From Ylistrum balloti (taxonomy: Eukaryota), in the NCBI RefSeq assembly GCF_031769215.1, contig NW_026781956.1:310001-374000 (forward strand): a DNA stretch of 64,000 bases. The letters run 5' to 3'. Both the position numbers and the translations under genes were made by a program. Position 1 is the first letter of the stretch. Each line of letters begins with the position of its first letter. The notes under the pieces were generated by a model. The model did no database searches and was not told the DNA's origin. It saw only the letters and a program-made list of their open reading frames with translations. Shown here in pieces: positions 50,598-63,681 of the stretch.

Positions 50598-52371
50598 CCG
50601 GTACAACAATGAGTTGGGTTATTGGCTGGCTACGGGATATAATAGTAGGTTGGAAAGAGGTAGAGCAATTGATACAATTATTGTTTGGGTTAATCATAGG
50701 GTTGTTGATACTATTATGGATTTTGTTTCAGGTGTGTTAGGAAATATTATTATGGTCTGGGTTATAGATACTGTAGGGGACAAAATAAGGGGTTGAGTTA
50801 GAGGTAAGGTTGGGGTTATAATAATTGTTTATATTACAGTTCGTGTTATACTAGAGATTGAGGTATCAATATTTATTGGTGTTTTCATTTTAGGGTGCTT
50901 CTTTTGTTGACTATTTTCCACAATGCTGTTTGGTATTATCTATTAAAATTACTTTTAAAGTTGTTATAAAATAATAAGTTTTAATTAAGGTTTATTAATG
51001 TACAATGTAAATATTACAACAACTAGTCTAAAACAGGAGGATTACCTTACAGCCAATAGAAGGAATCACTCTGGTTGTTCAGTTACATCATCAGAAGCAA
51101 TGAGTCTATTCTAATGATATAATCTAACATGTTATCGGTAAAAATAACATTTCACTATGTCAGCAAAATGGTCTATACTCAGATCGTTAGTTTCCGTTTC
51201 CCTGTGATACTTGTTGAAATGTTGTAGAATAAGTATTGTCAGCTACGGAGATTAGGAATTTTAAAAACAGCACTCTTTGTAATATGTTTCTGTCTAAGCA
51301 ATTTACCGACACGCCAACGCAAAACGGAGACATATCTAAACTTTAGCGAACCAACAGGCCGGACGTATCAGTGTACTAATATGGCCATTCATGGCTATAA
51401 AGAGTGCTTATATTTTGTCCCCTGCTGTTTCTATTACCTGTGCTCCCGAGTACGCGATCAGCTGACAAGGATCAGTCCCGGCATGTGATGATATCGATTT
51501 TCCTGGTTCCGATGAAATGAGGAAATTAACGGAAATGACATCATAAGAAATGATTTCCCGCTTATTTTATTCTGATATCCGTTTATTTACGTTTTGTTAA
51601 TTGCCTCTCGGTATATTTAGAACAGCTAACTTGAAATTACATTGTTAGATCTTTGATGCGGTATTTGTTTCAGAAGAGCTGACCAATTTAACCGCTCAAG
51701 TAGATACCCCAGTCATTAGAATAATAAGACCAAGCCAATTAGTTGAATACTTATAGGTCAATAACAATTCTCAAACATCAATGCTAAACTCAGTACTTGT
51801 TTTGAGGTTAAATCTCCATCTAAGTCTATATACCTGATACTGCATTGTTATGAAGCACTTATTTGCTAAATTATTTTAAAACGATTTTAATCATTTTAAT
51901 AACCTGGTACATTATTATGTTTGCAGAAGCCGTACTGAAGAGTTTTCGGCAGTAAAGAGTTGCTACACAAACTATCCCTTGTTGGCGTTAATTGGCTGTG
52001 AAACATCAGGTAATCAAACAATTTGCACATATTAACTATTGTACTAGAATTCGCATATTCAAAAGCTTCAAAACTGTCACAGCACAGAATGCCATGCTTT
52101 ATTAGCATGAAGAGAAAAAATGAATTGAAGCTGGATTTAAGTTGAAATAAACAAACCTGATTCGGTGAGAAATTTCAATTTCAAGAAACATTACACGCAA
52201 TAAAGATATTATAGCGATAGAGTGTAAATGGCTGACACATTTCATCACTGTACTTTATCAGCAACTCCGAGTGCGCCGATATATCATTCGAATGGGTAAC
52301 ACATCGAGGATCCAATCGAACAAAACACATTTCAAAAAGAATGTAAAAACATATCCTAGAAAATATTCAGT

Positions 52372-55335
52372 ATGTCGAGACTCCACTGCCAGAACACGTT
52401 CTAGTAATTATCCGATCTGTCGAGACTCCACTGTAAGAACACATTGTAGAAAGTATCGGGTCATTCGAGACCCCATTGTAAGAACACATTGTAGAAAGTA
52501 TCGGGTCTGTCGAGACTCCACTGTAAGAACACATTGTAGAAAGTATCGGGTCTGTCGAGACTCCACTGTAAGAACACATTGTAGAAAGTATCGGGTCTGT
52601 CGAGACTCCACTGTAAGAACACATTGTAGAAAGTATCGGGTCTGTCGAGACTCCACTGTAAGAACACATTGTAGAAAGTATCGGGTCTGTCGAGACTCCA
52701 CTGTAAGAACACATTGTAGAAAGTATCGGGTCTGTCGAGACTCCACTGTAAGAACACATTGTAGAAAGTATCGGGTCTGTCGAGACTCCACTGTAAGAAC
52801 ACATTGTAGAAAGTATCCGGTCTATCGAGACTCCACTGTAAGAACACATTGTAGAAAGTATCGGGTCTGTCGAGACTCCACTGTAAGAACACATTGTAGA
52901 AAGTATCGGGTCTGTCGAGACTCCACTGTAAGAACACATTGTAGAAAGTATCGGGTCTGTCGAGACTCCACTGTAAGAACACATTGTAGAAAGTATCGGG
53001 TCATTCGAGACCCCATTGTAAGAACACATTGTAGAAAGTATCGGGTCTGTCGAGACTCCACTGTAAGAACACATTGTAGAAAGTATCGGGTCTGTCGAGA
53101 CTCCACTGTAAGAACACATTGTAGAAAGTATCGGGTCTGTCGAGACTCCACTGTAAGAACACATTGTAGAAAGTATCGGGTCATTCGAGACCCCATTGTA
53201 AGAACACATTGTAGAAAGTATCGGGTCTGTCGAGACTCCACTGTAAGAACACATTGTAGAAAGTATCGGGTCTGTCGAGACTCCACTGTAAGAACACATT
53301 GTAGAAAGTATCGGGTCTGTCGAGACTCCACTGTAAGAACACATTGTAGAAAGTATCGGGTCTGTCGAGACTCCACTGTAAGAACACATTGTAGAAAGTA
53401 TCGGGTCTGTCGAGACTCCACTGTAAGAACACATTGTAGAAAGTATCCGGTCTGTCGAGACTCCACTGTAAGAACACATTGTAGAAAGAAAGAACACATT
53501 GTAGAAAGTATCGGGTCTGTCGAGACTCCACTGTAAGAACACATTGTAGAAAGTATCGGGTCTGTCGAGACTCCACTGTAAGAACACATTGTAGAAAGTA
53601 TCGGGTCTGTCGAGACTCCACTGTAAGAACACATTGTAGAAAGTATCGGGTCTGTCGAGACTCCACTGTAAGAACACATTGTAGAAAGTATCGGGTCTGT
53701 CGAGACTCCACTGTAAGAACACATTGTAGAAAGTATCCGGTCTATCGAGACTCCACTGTAAGAACACATTGTAGAAAGTATCGGGTCTGTCGAGACTCCA
53801 CTGTAAGAACACATTGTAGAAAGTATCGGGTCTGTCGAGACTCCACTGTAAGAACACATTGTAGAAAGTATCGGGTCTGTCGAGACTCCACTGTAAGAAC
53901 ACATTGTAGAAAGTATCCGGTCTGTCGAGACTCCACTGTAAGAACACATTCTAGAAAGTATCGGTCTGTCGGTCTGTCGAAAGACTCCACTGTAAGAACA
54001 CGTTCTAGAAAGTATCCGGTCTGTCGAGATCACTGCCAGAACACGTTCTAGAAAGTATCCGGTCTGTCGAGACTCCACTGTGAGAACACGTTCTAGAAAG
54101 TATCCGGTCTATCGATGCTAAACTGTTACGAACAAAGCTACAAAGTATCCGGTCTGTCGAGACTTCACTGTCAGAACACATTGTAGAAAGTATCGGGTCT
54201 GTCGAGACTCCACTGTAAGAACACATTGTAGAAAGTATCGGGTCTGTCGAGACTCCACTGTAAGAACACATTGTAGAAAGTATCGGGTCTGTCGAGACTC
54301 CACTGTAAGAACACATTGTAGAAAGTATCGGGTCTGTCGAGACTCCACTGTAAGAACACATTGTAGAAAGTATCGGGTCTGTCGAGACTCCACTGTAAGA
54401 ACACATTCTAGAAAGTATCCGGTCTGTCGAGACTTAACTGCCAGAACACGTTCTAGAAAGTATCCGGTCTGTCGAGACTCCACTGTAAGAACACGTTCTA
54501 GAAAGTATCCGGTCTGTCGAGACTTCACTGCCAGAACACGTTCTAGAAAGTATCCGGTCTGTCGAGACTCCACTGTGAGAACACGTTCTAGAAAGTATCC
54601 GGTCTATCGATGCTAAACTGTTACGAACAAAGCTACAAAGTATCCGGTCTGTCGAGACTTCACTGTCAGAACACGTTCTAGAAAGTATCGGGTCTGTCGA
54701 GACTCCACTGTTAGAACACATTGTAAAAAGTATCCATTCTGTCGAGACTCCACTGTAAGAACACATTGTAGAAAGTATCCATTCTGTCGAGACTCCACTG
54801 TAAGAACACATTCTAGTAATTATCTGATCTGTCGAGACTCCACTGCAAGAACATATTCTAGAAAGTATCCGGTCTGTCGAGACTCCACTGTAAGAACACA
54901 TTCCAGAAAGTATGCGGTCTGTCGAGACTCCACTGTAAGAACACATTCTGGAAAGTATCTAGTCTGTCGAGACTCCACTGTAAGAACGCATTATAGAAAG
55001 TATCCGATCTGTCGAGACCCCACTGTAAGAACACATTCTAGAAAGTATCCGAACTGTCGAGACCCCACTGTAAGAACACATTCTAGAAAGTATCCATTCT
55101 GTCGAGACTCCACTGTAAGAACACATTCTAGAAAGTATCCGGTTTGTCGAGTCTCCACTGTAAGAACACGGTCTAGAAAGTATCCGGTCTATCGAGACTT
55201 CACTGCCAGAACACATTCTAGAAAGTATCCGGTCTATCGAGACTCCACTGTAAGAACACATTCTAGAAAGTATCCGGTCTATCGAGACTCCACTGTAAGA
55301 ACACGTTCTAGAAAGTATCCGGTCTATCGATGCTT
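52372..55335. repeat. 45-bp minisatellite, about 65 copies
   Basis: GTCGAGACTCCACTGTAAGAACACATTGTAGAAAGTATCGGGTCT. Confidence 0.97.
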
Positions 55336-56065
55336 AACTGTTACGAACAAAGCTACAAAGTATTCGGTTTGTTGAGTCTCCACTATAATGAAAAATACTA
55401 TAGATTATCCAGGCTTGTCAGTCTCGATTGTAACTGGTCTATCGAGACCTCGTTGTATAAAGACACATAAGTGAATACCATCTTCTCGATGGGAAAATAA
55501 AATGAGATGATATATTGTTAAATAGCGATGCTTCATACAACTTTATCTCCCTTCTAGAACTCGTAATGATACTGAGGGCCAAAATAATTGAAATTTAGTA
55601 GGGGATTGAAGTACGATCAAGGCCAAGTTGAAATGACTGATATCATATGCATCCTATATGTTTATTGACTTTGTTTATAAAGTATCTGTGGCGTAGCCTG
55701 GAAGCCACAGTGCAATGGATTTCGTGGATAATGAAACTCGTCCATGTAAACAATTACAACGATAGAAAAGTTGTATGTGATAATTGCTTGTTTACTGGCC
55801 TGACTTCCGAATGTACGTATGGCCGCTGCCCGGCCGTCTTCAGATGCCAGGTATTGATTGGAAGGCTATTGGACTGACGTGACGACATTGTTATTGCTAA
55901 ACCACCAGAACCACAAACAATGTTTGTGACGACCCCCTTGAGATGATCAGAGTTTCACTGAAGTTAATTTGTCCACAAAAACAATCACATCTAAACGTGA
56001 GCAGAAGTAGCCAGACTAAACGACGTCACTAAATTAGATTCGTGGAGAGGATACGCAAGGAGACC

Positions 56066-56716
56066 AAAACAGCCAAGAACAAGGCCGATACAGTAACAGG
56101 AAGGCTAATGGTAATACAGTCAGGAACAAGGCTGGCATAATAAAGGAAAGGAATGTGTATAGACAATACAGCCAAGAACTAGGCTGACACAATAACGGGA
56201 GGGGATGTGTATAGACAATACAGTGACGACCTGGGCTGACACAATAACGGGAGGGCATGTGTATTGACAAATTCAACCAAGAACTAGGCTGACACAATAT
56301 CGAGATGGGATGTGTATTGACAATACAGCCAAGAACTAGGCTGACACAATAACGGGAGGGGATGTGTATAGACAATACAGTGACGACCTGGGCTGACACA
56401 ATAATGGGAGGGAATGTGTTTAGATAATACAGCAAAGACCTGGGCTGACACAATAACAGGAGGGGATGTGTGTTGACAATACAGTGAAGACCTGGGCTGA
56501 CACAATAACGGGAGGGAATGTGTATAGACAATACAGTGAAGACCTGGGCTGACACAATGACGGGAGGGAATGTGTATAGACAATACAGTGAAGACCTGGG
56601 CTGACACAATAACGGGAGGGAATGTGTATAGACAATACAGCAAGGACCTGGGCTGACACAATAACGGGAGGGCATGTGTATTGACAATACAGTGAAGACC
56701 TGGGCTGACACAATAA
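56066..56716. repeat. 52-bp minisatellite, about 12 copies
   Basis: GGGCTGACACAATAACGGGAGGGAATGTGTATAGACAATACAGTGAAGACCT. Confidence 0.94.
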
Positions 56717-56869
56717 CGACGGGAGTAGTGTAGTCTACATGTAACACAGCTGACGCTATAATGGGAGTCGAGCGTCGTCCTCTAAAAATTGCGTCAAAAA
56801 GAATACTAAAAACATAATAAAAAAAAAAGAAACTGTTTCGAAGCGATGACAAAAGCGAGAGATAGACGA

Positions 56870-58243
56870 TACGACGGTGAATGTATATTGCTGGCGATGA
56901 CTGGGTGATGACAGCCGATACCACTGTACACGTCTATTACTGGTGATGACTGGTAGATGACAGTCGACACCACTGTACACGTCTATTGCTGTTGATGACT
57001 GGGGGGTGACAGTCGATACCACTGTACACGTCTATTGCTGGTGATGACTGGGAGGTGACAGTCGATACCACTGAACAAGTCTATTGCTGGTGATGACTGG
57101 GAGATGACAGCCGACACCACTGTACACGTCTATTGCTGGTGATGACTGGGAGGTGACAGTCGATACCACTGAACAAGTCTATTGCTGGTGATGACTGGGA
57201 GGTGGCAGTCGATACCACTGTACACGTCTATTGCTTGTGATGACTGATAGATGACAGCCGATACCACTGTACACGTCTATTACTGGCGATGACTGGGAGA
57301 TGACAGCCGACACCACTGTACACGTCTATTGCTGTTGATGACTTTGAGGTGACAGTCGATACCACTGTACACGTCTATTGCTGGTGATGACTGGTAGATG
57401 ACAGTCGATACCACTGTACACGTCTATTGCTGGTGATGACTGGGAGATGACAGTCGATACCACTGTACACGTCTATTGCTGGTGATGACTGGTAGATGAC
57501 AGTCGATATCACTGTACACGTCTATTGCTGTTGATGACTGGGAGGTGACAGTCGATACCACTGTACACGTCTATTGCTGGCGATGACTGGGAGATGACAG
57601 CCGATACCACTGTACACGTCTATTGCTGGTGATGACTGGTAGATGACAGCCGATACCACTTTACACGTCTATTGCTGGTGATGACTGGTAGATGACAGCC
57701 GATACCACTGTACACGTCTATTGCTGGCGATGACTGGGAGATGACAGCCGATACCACTGTACACGTCTATTGCTGGTGATGACTGGTAGATGACAGCCGA
57801 TACCACTGTACACGTCTATTGCTGGTGATGACTGGGAGGTGACAGTCGATACCACTGTACACGTCTATTGCTGGTGATGACTGGTAGATGACAGCCGATA
57901 CCACTGTACACGTCTATTGCTGGTGATGACTGGTAGATGACAGTCGATATCACTGTACACGTCTATTACTGGCGATGACTGGGAGGTGACAGTCGATACC
58001 ACTGTACACGTCTATTACTGGCGATGACTGGGAGGTGACAGTCGATACCACTGTACACGTCTATTGCTGGTGATGACTGGTAGATGACAGCCGATACCAC
58101 TGTACACGTCTATTGCTGGTGATGACTGGTAGATGGCAGTCGATATCACTGTACACGTCTATTGCTGGCGATGACTGGGAGATGACAGCCGATACCACTG
58201 TACACGTCTATTGCTGGTGATGACTGGGTGATGACAGTCGATA
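56870..58243. repeat. 49-bp minisatellite, about 27 copies
   Basis: GATGACTGGTAGATGACAGCCGATACCACTGTACACGTCTATTGCTGGT. Confidence 0.96.
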
Positions 58244-59654
58244 TGAAGGTAAAAGTTCAGTTTATACAGTATTAAAGTATGTTGTTGGCGATGACAGGTG
58301 GACGATACAATAATAGAATAAGATATCTTTAGTATCTTGGGGACGGAATTTGTCAAAATATTGACTGTTATTACAGGGAAAAGACTTATTTGGAATAAAA
58401 CGTCGAAATCCGTCAGTTTCTCAGTATTGTAAGGTAATGACATCCGGTATTTAAAGGAATTCAGTGAGGATGTATGGCGTCTCATCAGTTTAATAAAACC
58501 CCTAGAGAATAGCTAAAAATTCAGTGTTTAAATATAATTACGTTCCCATTAAATTTAACTTGCGGCTCGTGTGTCAAGGAGCAATCGGTTGATATAAATT
58601 AGCGTTATTCGTGCAGTCATAATGGTTTTTACATCATTACTCAGTATATAGTGTGCTTCTCCAGGGACGTGCCTTTATAGGGATTACACCACACTATAAA
58701 AACGGAAGGTAACACTACCTAATATTGCGATTAATTCAATAAGCAATGTTGTGTCCGTCTTATACGAGTTCAGTCACTAATGGCATAGTTAATTGCAAAT
58801 CTCCGCGTTTAATTCGTTTCGTTGGTTTAATTTGATGTAAAAAAGACATCGAAGTCAGTTTAATCTAAATCTAAAACCATTGGTATCGGGTAGGACCACC
58901 GTTTGCAAGGCAAACAGCATTGCTGTGTCGTCGCATACATCGGAGGATAATTCCTGGAGAAATGCCACATTCATTGTTCAAGGCTAAAGCAAGTTTCACT
59001 TCTGAATTTCTTCTCAAGCGCTGCTAAAACATGGAGACAAATCATTTTATTTCTACGGCTAATCTAACACCTGCACGTTATTCTACTGGTGAGCGCTGTT
59101 CTGCTGGAAAATGGCGCTAACGTCACTGCATCTTAAGAATGATGGAGACTCTGGTTTCTGATATATTGTCCCGACATCGAAGGCCGGTTAAAATGTCATT
59201 TATAACAACAAATCTGGTCCAGGTTCTGTAGAAATATTGACACAGAAAAGTGGAAGTGTTGTCAAGTCACAGGAATCGATACGACCATGTTGCTCAATAC
59301 TAAAGAGTAATCAGTGAAATCCGAATCCCACTTAACAATTTTACATCACTGAAAACGTTAAACATGAATTCTAGTTTCTGACACTCCCAGGGTAAAGGGT
59401 TGTTGGTCTGGTTGTTGAGGCAAAAATCAGTGCAAACCTGTCTTGGGAAGGTTTTCAAACTAGTTTGATTGAGAGATTGTCATATAATATAATAAAACAT
59501 GCAATATACAGACAAGAGTTAACAAGGAACTGAAATCTTTTATTGATGGTGTCATAATGGCGAAATATGTACACGTATAGCACATGTTTAGAGACAAAAT
59601 ACAAGAAATGCATTTATCAAACTACATTTCTGGATTAATTCACTTATTATCTGC

Positions 59655-62600
59655 CTGTGTGTCTTCTTACTTCTGTTTGTGTGTCTTTACCTCTCTCTGT
59701 CTGTGTGTCTTCTAACTTCTCTCTGTGTGTCTTCTAACTTCTCTCTATGTGTCTTCTAACTTCTGTTTGTGTGTCTTCTAACTTCGCTCTGTCTGTGTGA
59801 CTTCTAACTTCTCTCTCTGTGTCTTCTAACTTCTTTCTGTTTGTGTATCTTCTAATCCCTCTCTGTTTGTGTGTCTTCTAACTCCGCTCTGTCTCTGTGT
59901 CTGCTAATCCCTCTCTGATTGTGTGTCTTCTAACTTCTCTCTGTTTGTGTGTCTTCTAACTTCTCTCTGTTTGTGTGTCTTCTAACTTCTCTCTGTTTGT
60001 GTGTCTTCTAACTTCTCTCTGTGTGTGTCTCTCTCTGTGTGTGTGTGTCTTCTAACTCCTCTCTCTTTGTGTGTCTCTAACTTCTCTGTGTGTGTGTGTC
60101 TTCTAATCTTCTCCTCTCTCTTTGTGTGTCTTCTAATCCCTCTCTGTTTGTGTGTCTTCTATCTACTCTCTATTTGTCTTCTAACTTCACTCTGTGTTTC
60201 TTCTAATCCCACTCTGTCTATGTGTCTTCTAATCCCTCTTTGTTCGTGTGTCTTATAACTTCTCTCAGTTTGTGTGTCTTCTAACTTCTCTCTGTATATG
60301 TCTGCTGCATTCTCTCTGTTTGTGTGTCTTCTAACTTCTCTCTGTATATGTCTGCTGCATTCTCTCTGTTTGTGTGTCTTCTAACTTCTCTCTGTATATG
60401 TCTGCTGCATTCTCTCTGTTTGTGTGTCTTCTAACTCCTCTCTCTGTTTGTGTATCTTCTAATCCCTCTCTGTTCGTGTGTCTTCTAACTTCTCTCTGTT
60501 TGCGTGTCTTCTAACTTCTCTCTGTTTGTGTGTCTTCTAACTCTCTCTGTTTGTGTGTCTTCTAACTTCTCTGTGTGTGTGTGTCTTATAACTTCTCTGT
60601 GTGTGTGTGTCTTCTAACTCCTCTCTCTTTGTGTGTCTTCTAATCCTTCTCTCTGTTTGTGTGTCTTCTATCTTCTCTCTCTAACTTCTCTCTGTGTAAT
60701 CCCTCTCTGTCTATGTATCTTCTAATTTCTCTCTGTTTGTGTGTCTTCTAACTTCTCTCAGTTTGTGTGTCTTCTAACTTCTCTCTGTATATGTCTGCTG
60801 CATTCTCTCAGTTTGTGTGTCTTCTAACTTCTCTCTGTATATGTCTGCTGCATTCTCTCTGTTTGTGTATCTTCTAATCCCTCTCTGTTTGTGTGTCTTC
60901 TAACTTCTCTCTGTCTGTGTGACTTCTAATCCCTCTCTGTGTCTTCTAACTTCTCTCTGTTTGTGTGTCTTCTAACTTCTCTCTGTTTGCGTGTCTTCTA
61001 ACTTCTCTCTGTTTGTGTGTCTTCTAACTCTCTCTGTTTGTGTGTCTTCTAACTTCTCTGTGTGTGTGTCTTCTAACTTCTCTGTGTGTGTGTGTCTTCT
61101 AACTCCTCTCTCTTTCTGTGTCTTCTAATCCCTCTCTGTTTGTGTGTCTTCTATCTTCTCTCTATTTGTCTTCTAACTTCTCTCTGTGTTTCTTCTAATC
61201 CCTCTCTGTCTATGTGTCTTCTAATCCCTCTTTGTTCGTGTGTCTTATAACTTCTCTCAGTTTGTGTGTCTTCTAACTTCTCTCTGTATATGTCTGCTGC
61301 ATTCTCTCTGTTTGTGTGTCTTCTAACTTCTCTCTGTATATGTCTGCTGCATTCTCTCTGTTTGTGTGTCTTCTAACTTCTCTCTGTATATGTCTGCTGC
61401 ATTCTCTCTGTTTGTGTGTCTTCTAACTCCTCTCTCTGTTTGTGTATCTTCTAACTTCTCTCTGTATATGTCTGCTGCATTCTCTCTGTTTGTGTGTCTT
61501 CTAACTTCTCTCTGTATATGTCTGCTGCATTCTCTCTGTTTGTGTGTCTTCTAACTTCTCTCTGTATATGTCTGATTCTCTCTGTTTGTGTGTGTAATCT
61601 TCTCTCTGTTTGTGTGTCTTCTAACTTCTCTCAGTTTGTGTGTCTTCTAACTTCTCTCTGTATATGTCTGCTGCATTCTCTCTGTTTGTGTGTCTTCTAA
61701 CTTCTCTCTGTATATGTCTGCTGCATTCTCTCTGTTTGTGTGTCTTCTAACTCCTCTCTCTGTTTGTGTGTCTTCTAACTTCTCTCTGTTTGTGTGTCTT
61801 CTAACTTCTCTCTGTTTGTGTGTCTTCTAATTTCTCTCTGTTTGTGTGTCTTCTAATTTCTCTCTGTTTGTGTGTCTTCTAACTTCTCTCTGTTTGTGTG
61901 TCTTCTAACTTCTCTCTGTTTGTGTGTCTTCTAACTTCTCTCTGTTTGTGTGTCTTCTAACTTCTCTCTGTTTGTGTGTCTCTGTTTGTGTGTCTTCTAA
62001 CTTCTCTCTGTTTGTGTGTCTTCTAACTGTTTGTGTATCTTCTAACTTCTCTGTGTTGTGTGTCTTCTAACTTCTCTCTGTTTGTGTGTCTTCTAACTTC
62101 TCTCTGTTTGTGTGTCTTCTAACTTCTCTCTGTTTGTGTGTCTTCTAACTTCTCTCTGTTTGCGTGTCTTCTAACTTCTCTCTGTTTGTGTGTCTTCTAA
62201 CTCTCTCTGTTTGTGTGTCTTCTCTCTCTCTTTCGTAACTTCTCTCTGTTTGTGTGTCATTAATTACCATTAATTGTGTGTGTGTGTCTTCTAACTTCGC
62301 TTTGTCTGTGTGTCTTCTAACTCCTCTCTCTGTTTGTGTATCTTCTAACTTCTCTCTGTATATGTCTGCTGCATTCTCTCTGTTTGTGTGTCTTCTAACT
62401 CCTCTCTCTGTTTGTGTGTCTTCTAACTTCTCTCTGTATATGTCTGCTGCATTCTCTCTGTTTGTGTGTCTTCTAACTTCTCTCTGTATATGTCTGCTGC
62501 ATTCTCTCTGTTTGTGTGTCTTCTAACTCCTCTCTCTGTTTGTGTGTCTTCAGTTTGTGTGTCTTCTAACTTCTCTCTGTATATGTCTGCTGCATTCTCT

Positions 62601-63270
62601 CTGTTTGTGTGTCTTCTAACTTCTCTCTGTATATGTCTGCTGCATTCTCTCTGTTTGTGTGTCTTCTAACTCCTCTCTCTGTTTGTGTGTCTTCTAACTT
62701 CTCTCTGTTCGTGTATCTTCTAATTTCTCTCTGTTTGTGTGTCTTCTAATTTCTCTCTGTTTGTGTGTCTTCTAATTTCTCTCTGTTTGTGTGTCTTCTA
62801 ACTTCTCTCTGTTTGTGTGTCTTCTAACTTCTCTCTGTTTGTGTGTCTTCTAATTTCTCTCTGTTTGTGTGTCTTCTAACTTCTCTCTGTTTGTGTGTCT
62901 TCTAATTTCTCTCTGTTTGTGTGTCTTCTAACTTCTCTCTGTCTGTGTGTCTTCTAACTCCTCTCTCTGTTTGTGTATCTTCTAACTTCTCTCTGTTCGT
63001 GTATCTTCTAACTTCGCTCTGTCTGTGTATCTTCTAATTTCTCTCTGTTTGTGTGTCTTCTAACTCTCTCTGTTCGTGTGTCTTCACTCTGCTTTCCGTA
63101 ATGAGAGGCATTAATTACCATTAATTGTGTGTGTGTGTCTTCTAACTTCGCTTTGTCTGTGTGTCTTCTAACTCCTCTCTCTTTGTGTGTCTTCTAACTT
63201 CTCTCTGTTCGTGTGTCTTCTAACTCCTCTTTCTTTGTGTGTCTTCTAACTTCTCTGTTCGTGTGTCTTC
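59655..63270. repeat. 26-bp TC/TG-rich minisatellite with composite 50-bp variants and block duplications
   Basis: GTGTCTTCTAACTTCTCTCTGTTTGT interspersed with ATATGTCTGCTGCATTCTCTCTGT. Confidence 0.95.
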
Positions 63271-63681
63271 ACTCTGCTTTCCGTAATGAGAGGCATTAAT
63301 GACCATTGATATTGTGTTATGGCCAGTTCAATGAAGAAGAGGTTTTGATGTACAGAAAGGTTTTATCCCATCTGGACTATTTATATAACGGTTATATCGG
63401 TGTGGTTGTTTCCTGTCTTATATTCCACCAGAGAATGTTAATGGACTCCCGACTTATCTGATTCCTTCTCATTTCTATAGTCTGTGATGATATATCATTT
63501 CTTTCTATTCTCAGCGCAATGCGACTTCCCTTCTTTTGACTATTTTTGGCTAATGTCAACAGACCTTCTCTATTTACTTCCTGGTGTCTCACTTTGTTAC
63601 AACATACCCATGAGAATAAGCCATGTAATCTGGCCCACATCACACATACTTATCACGAGGCTGGCCATCTTTGCGCGCATA

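Noticed and set aside
50600-50830. Telomere-like GGGTTA words
   Set aside because: Isolated, non-tandem occurrences only.
40553-56924. Long track ORFs (300-1018 aa) as protein genes
   Set aside because: Each coincides with a minisatellite, is a perfect short-period translation, overlaps others in several frames, and lacks any unique domain.
58980-59140. Ankyrin-like words (ALLKHGD, LLENGANV)
   Set aside because: Separated by stops, spacing does not fit the 33-aa ankyrin consensus, and there is no TPLH motif.
3034-63270. CRISPR arrays
   Set aside because: All arrays are head-to-tail repeats without unique spacers, there are no cas-like ORFs, and the context is intron-containing eukaryotic DNA.
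63327-63460. Plus-strand exon candidate FNEEEVLMYRKVLSHLDYLYNG
   Set aside because: Short, weak splice signals, no recognised homology.
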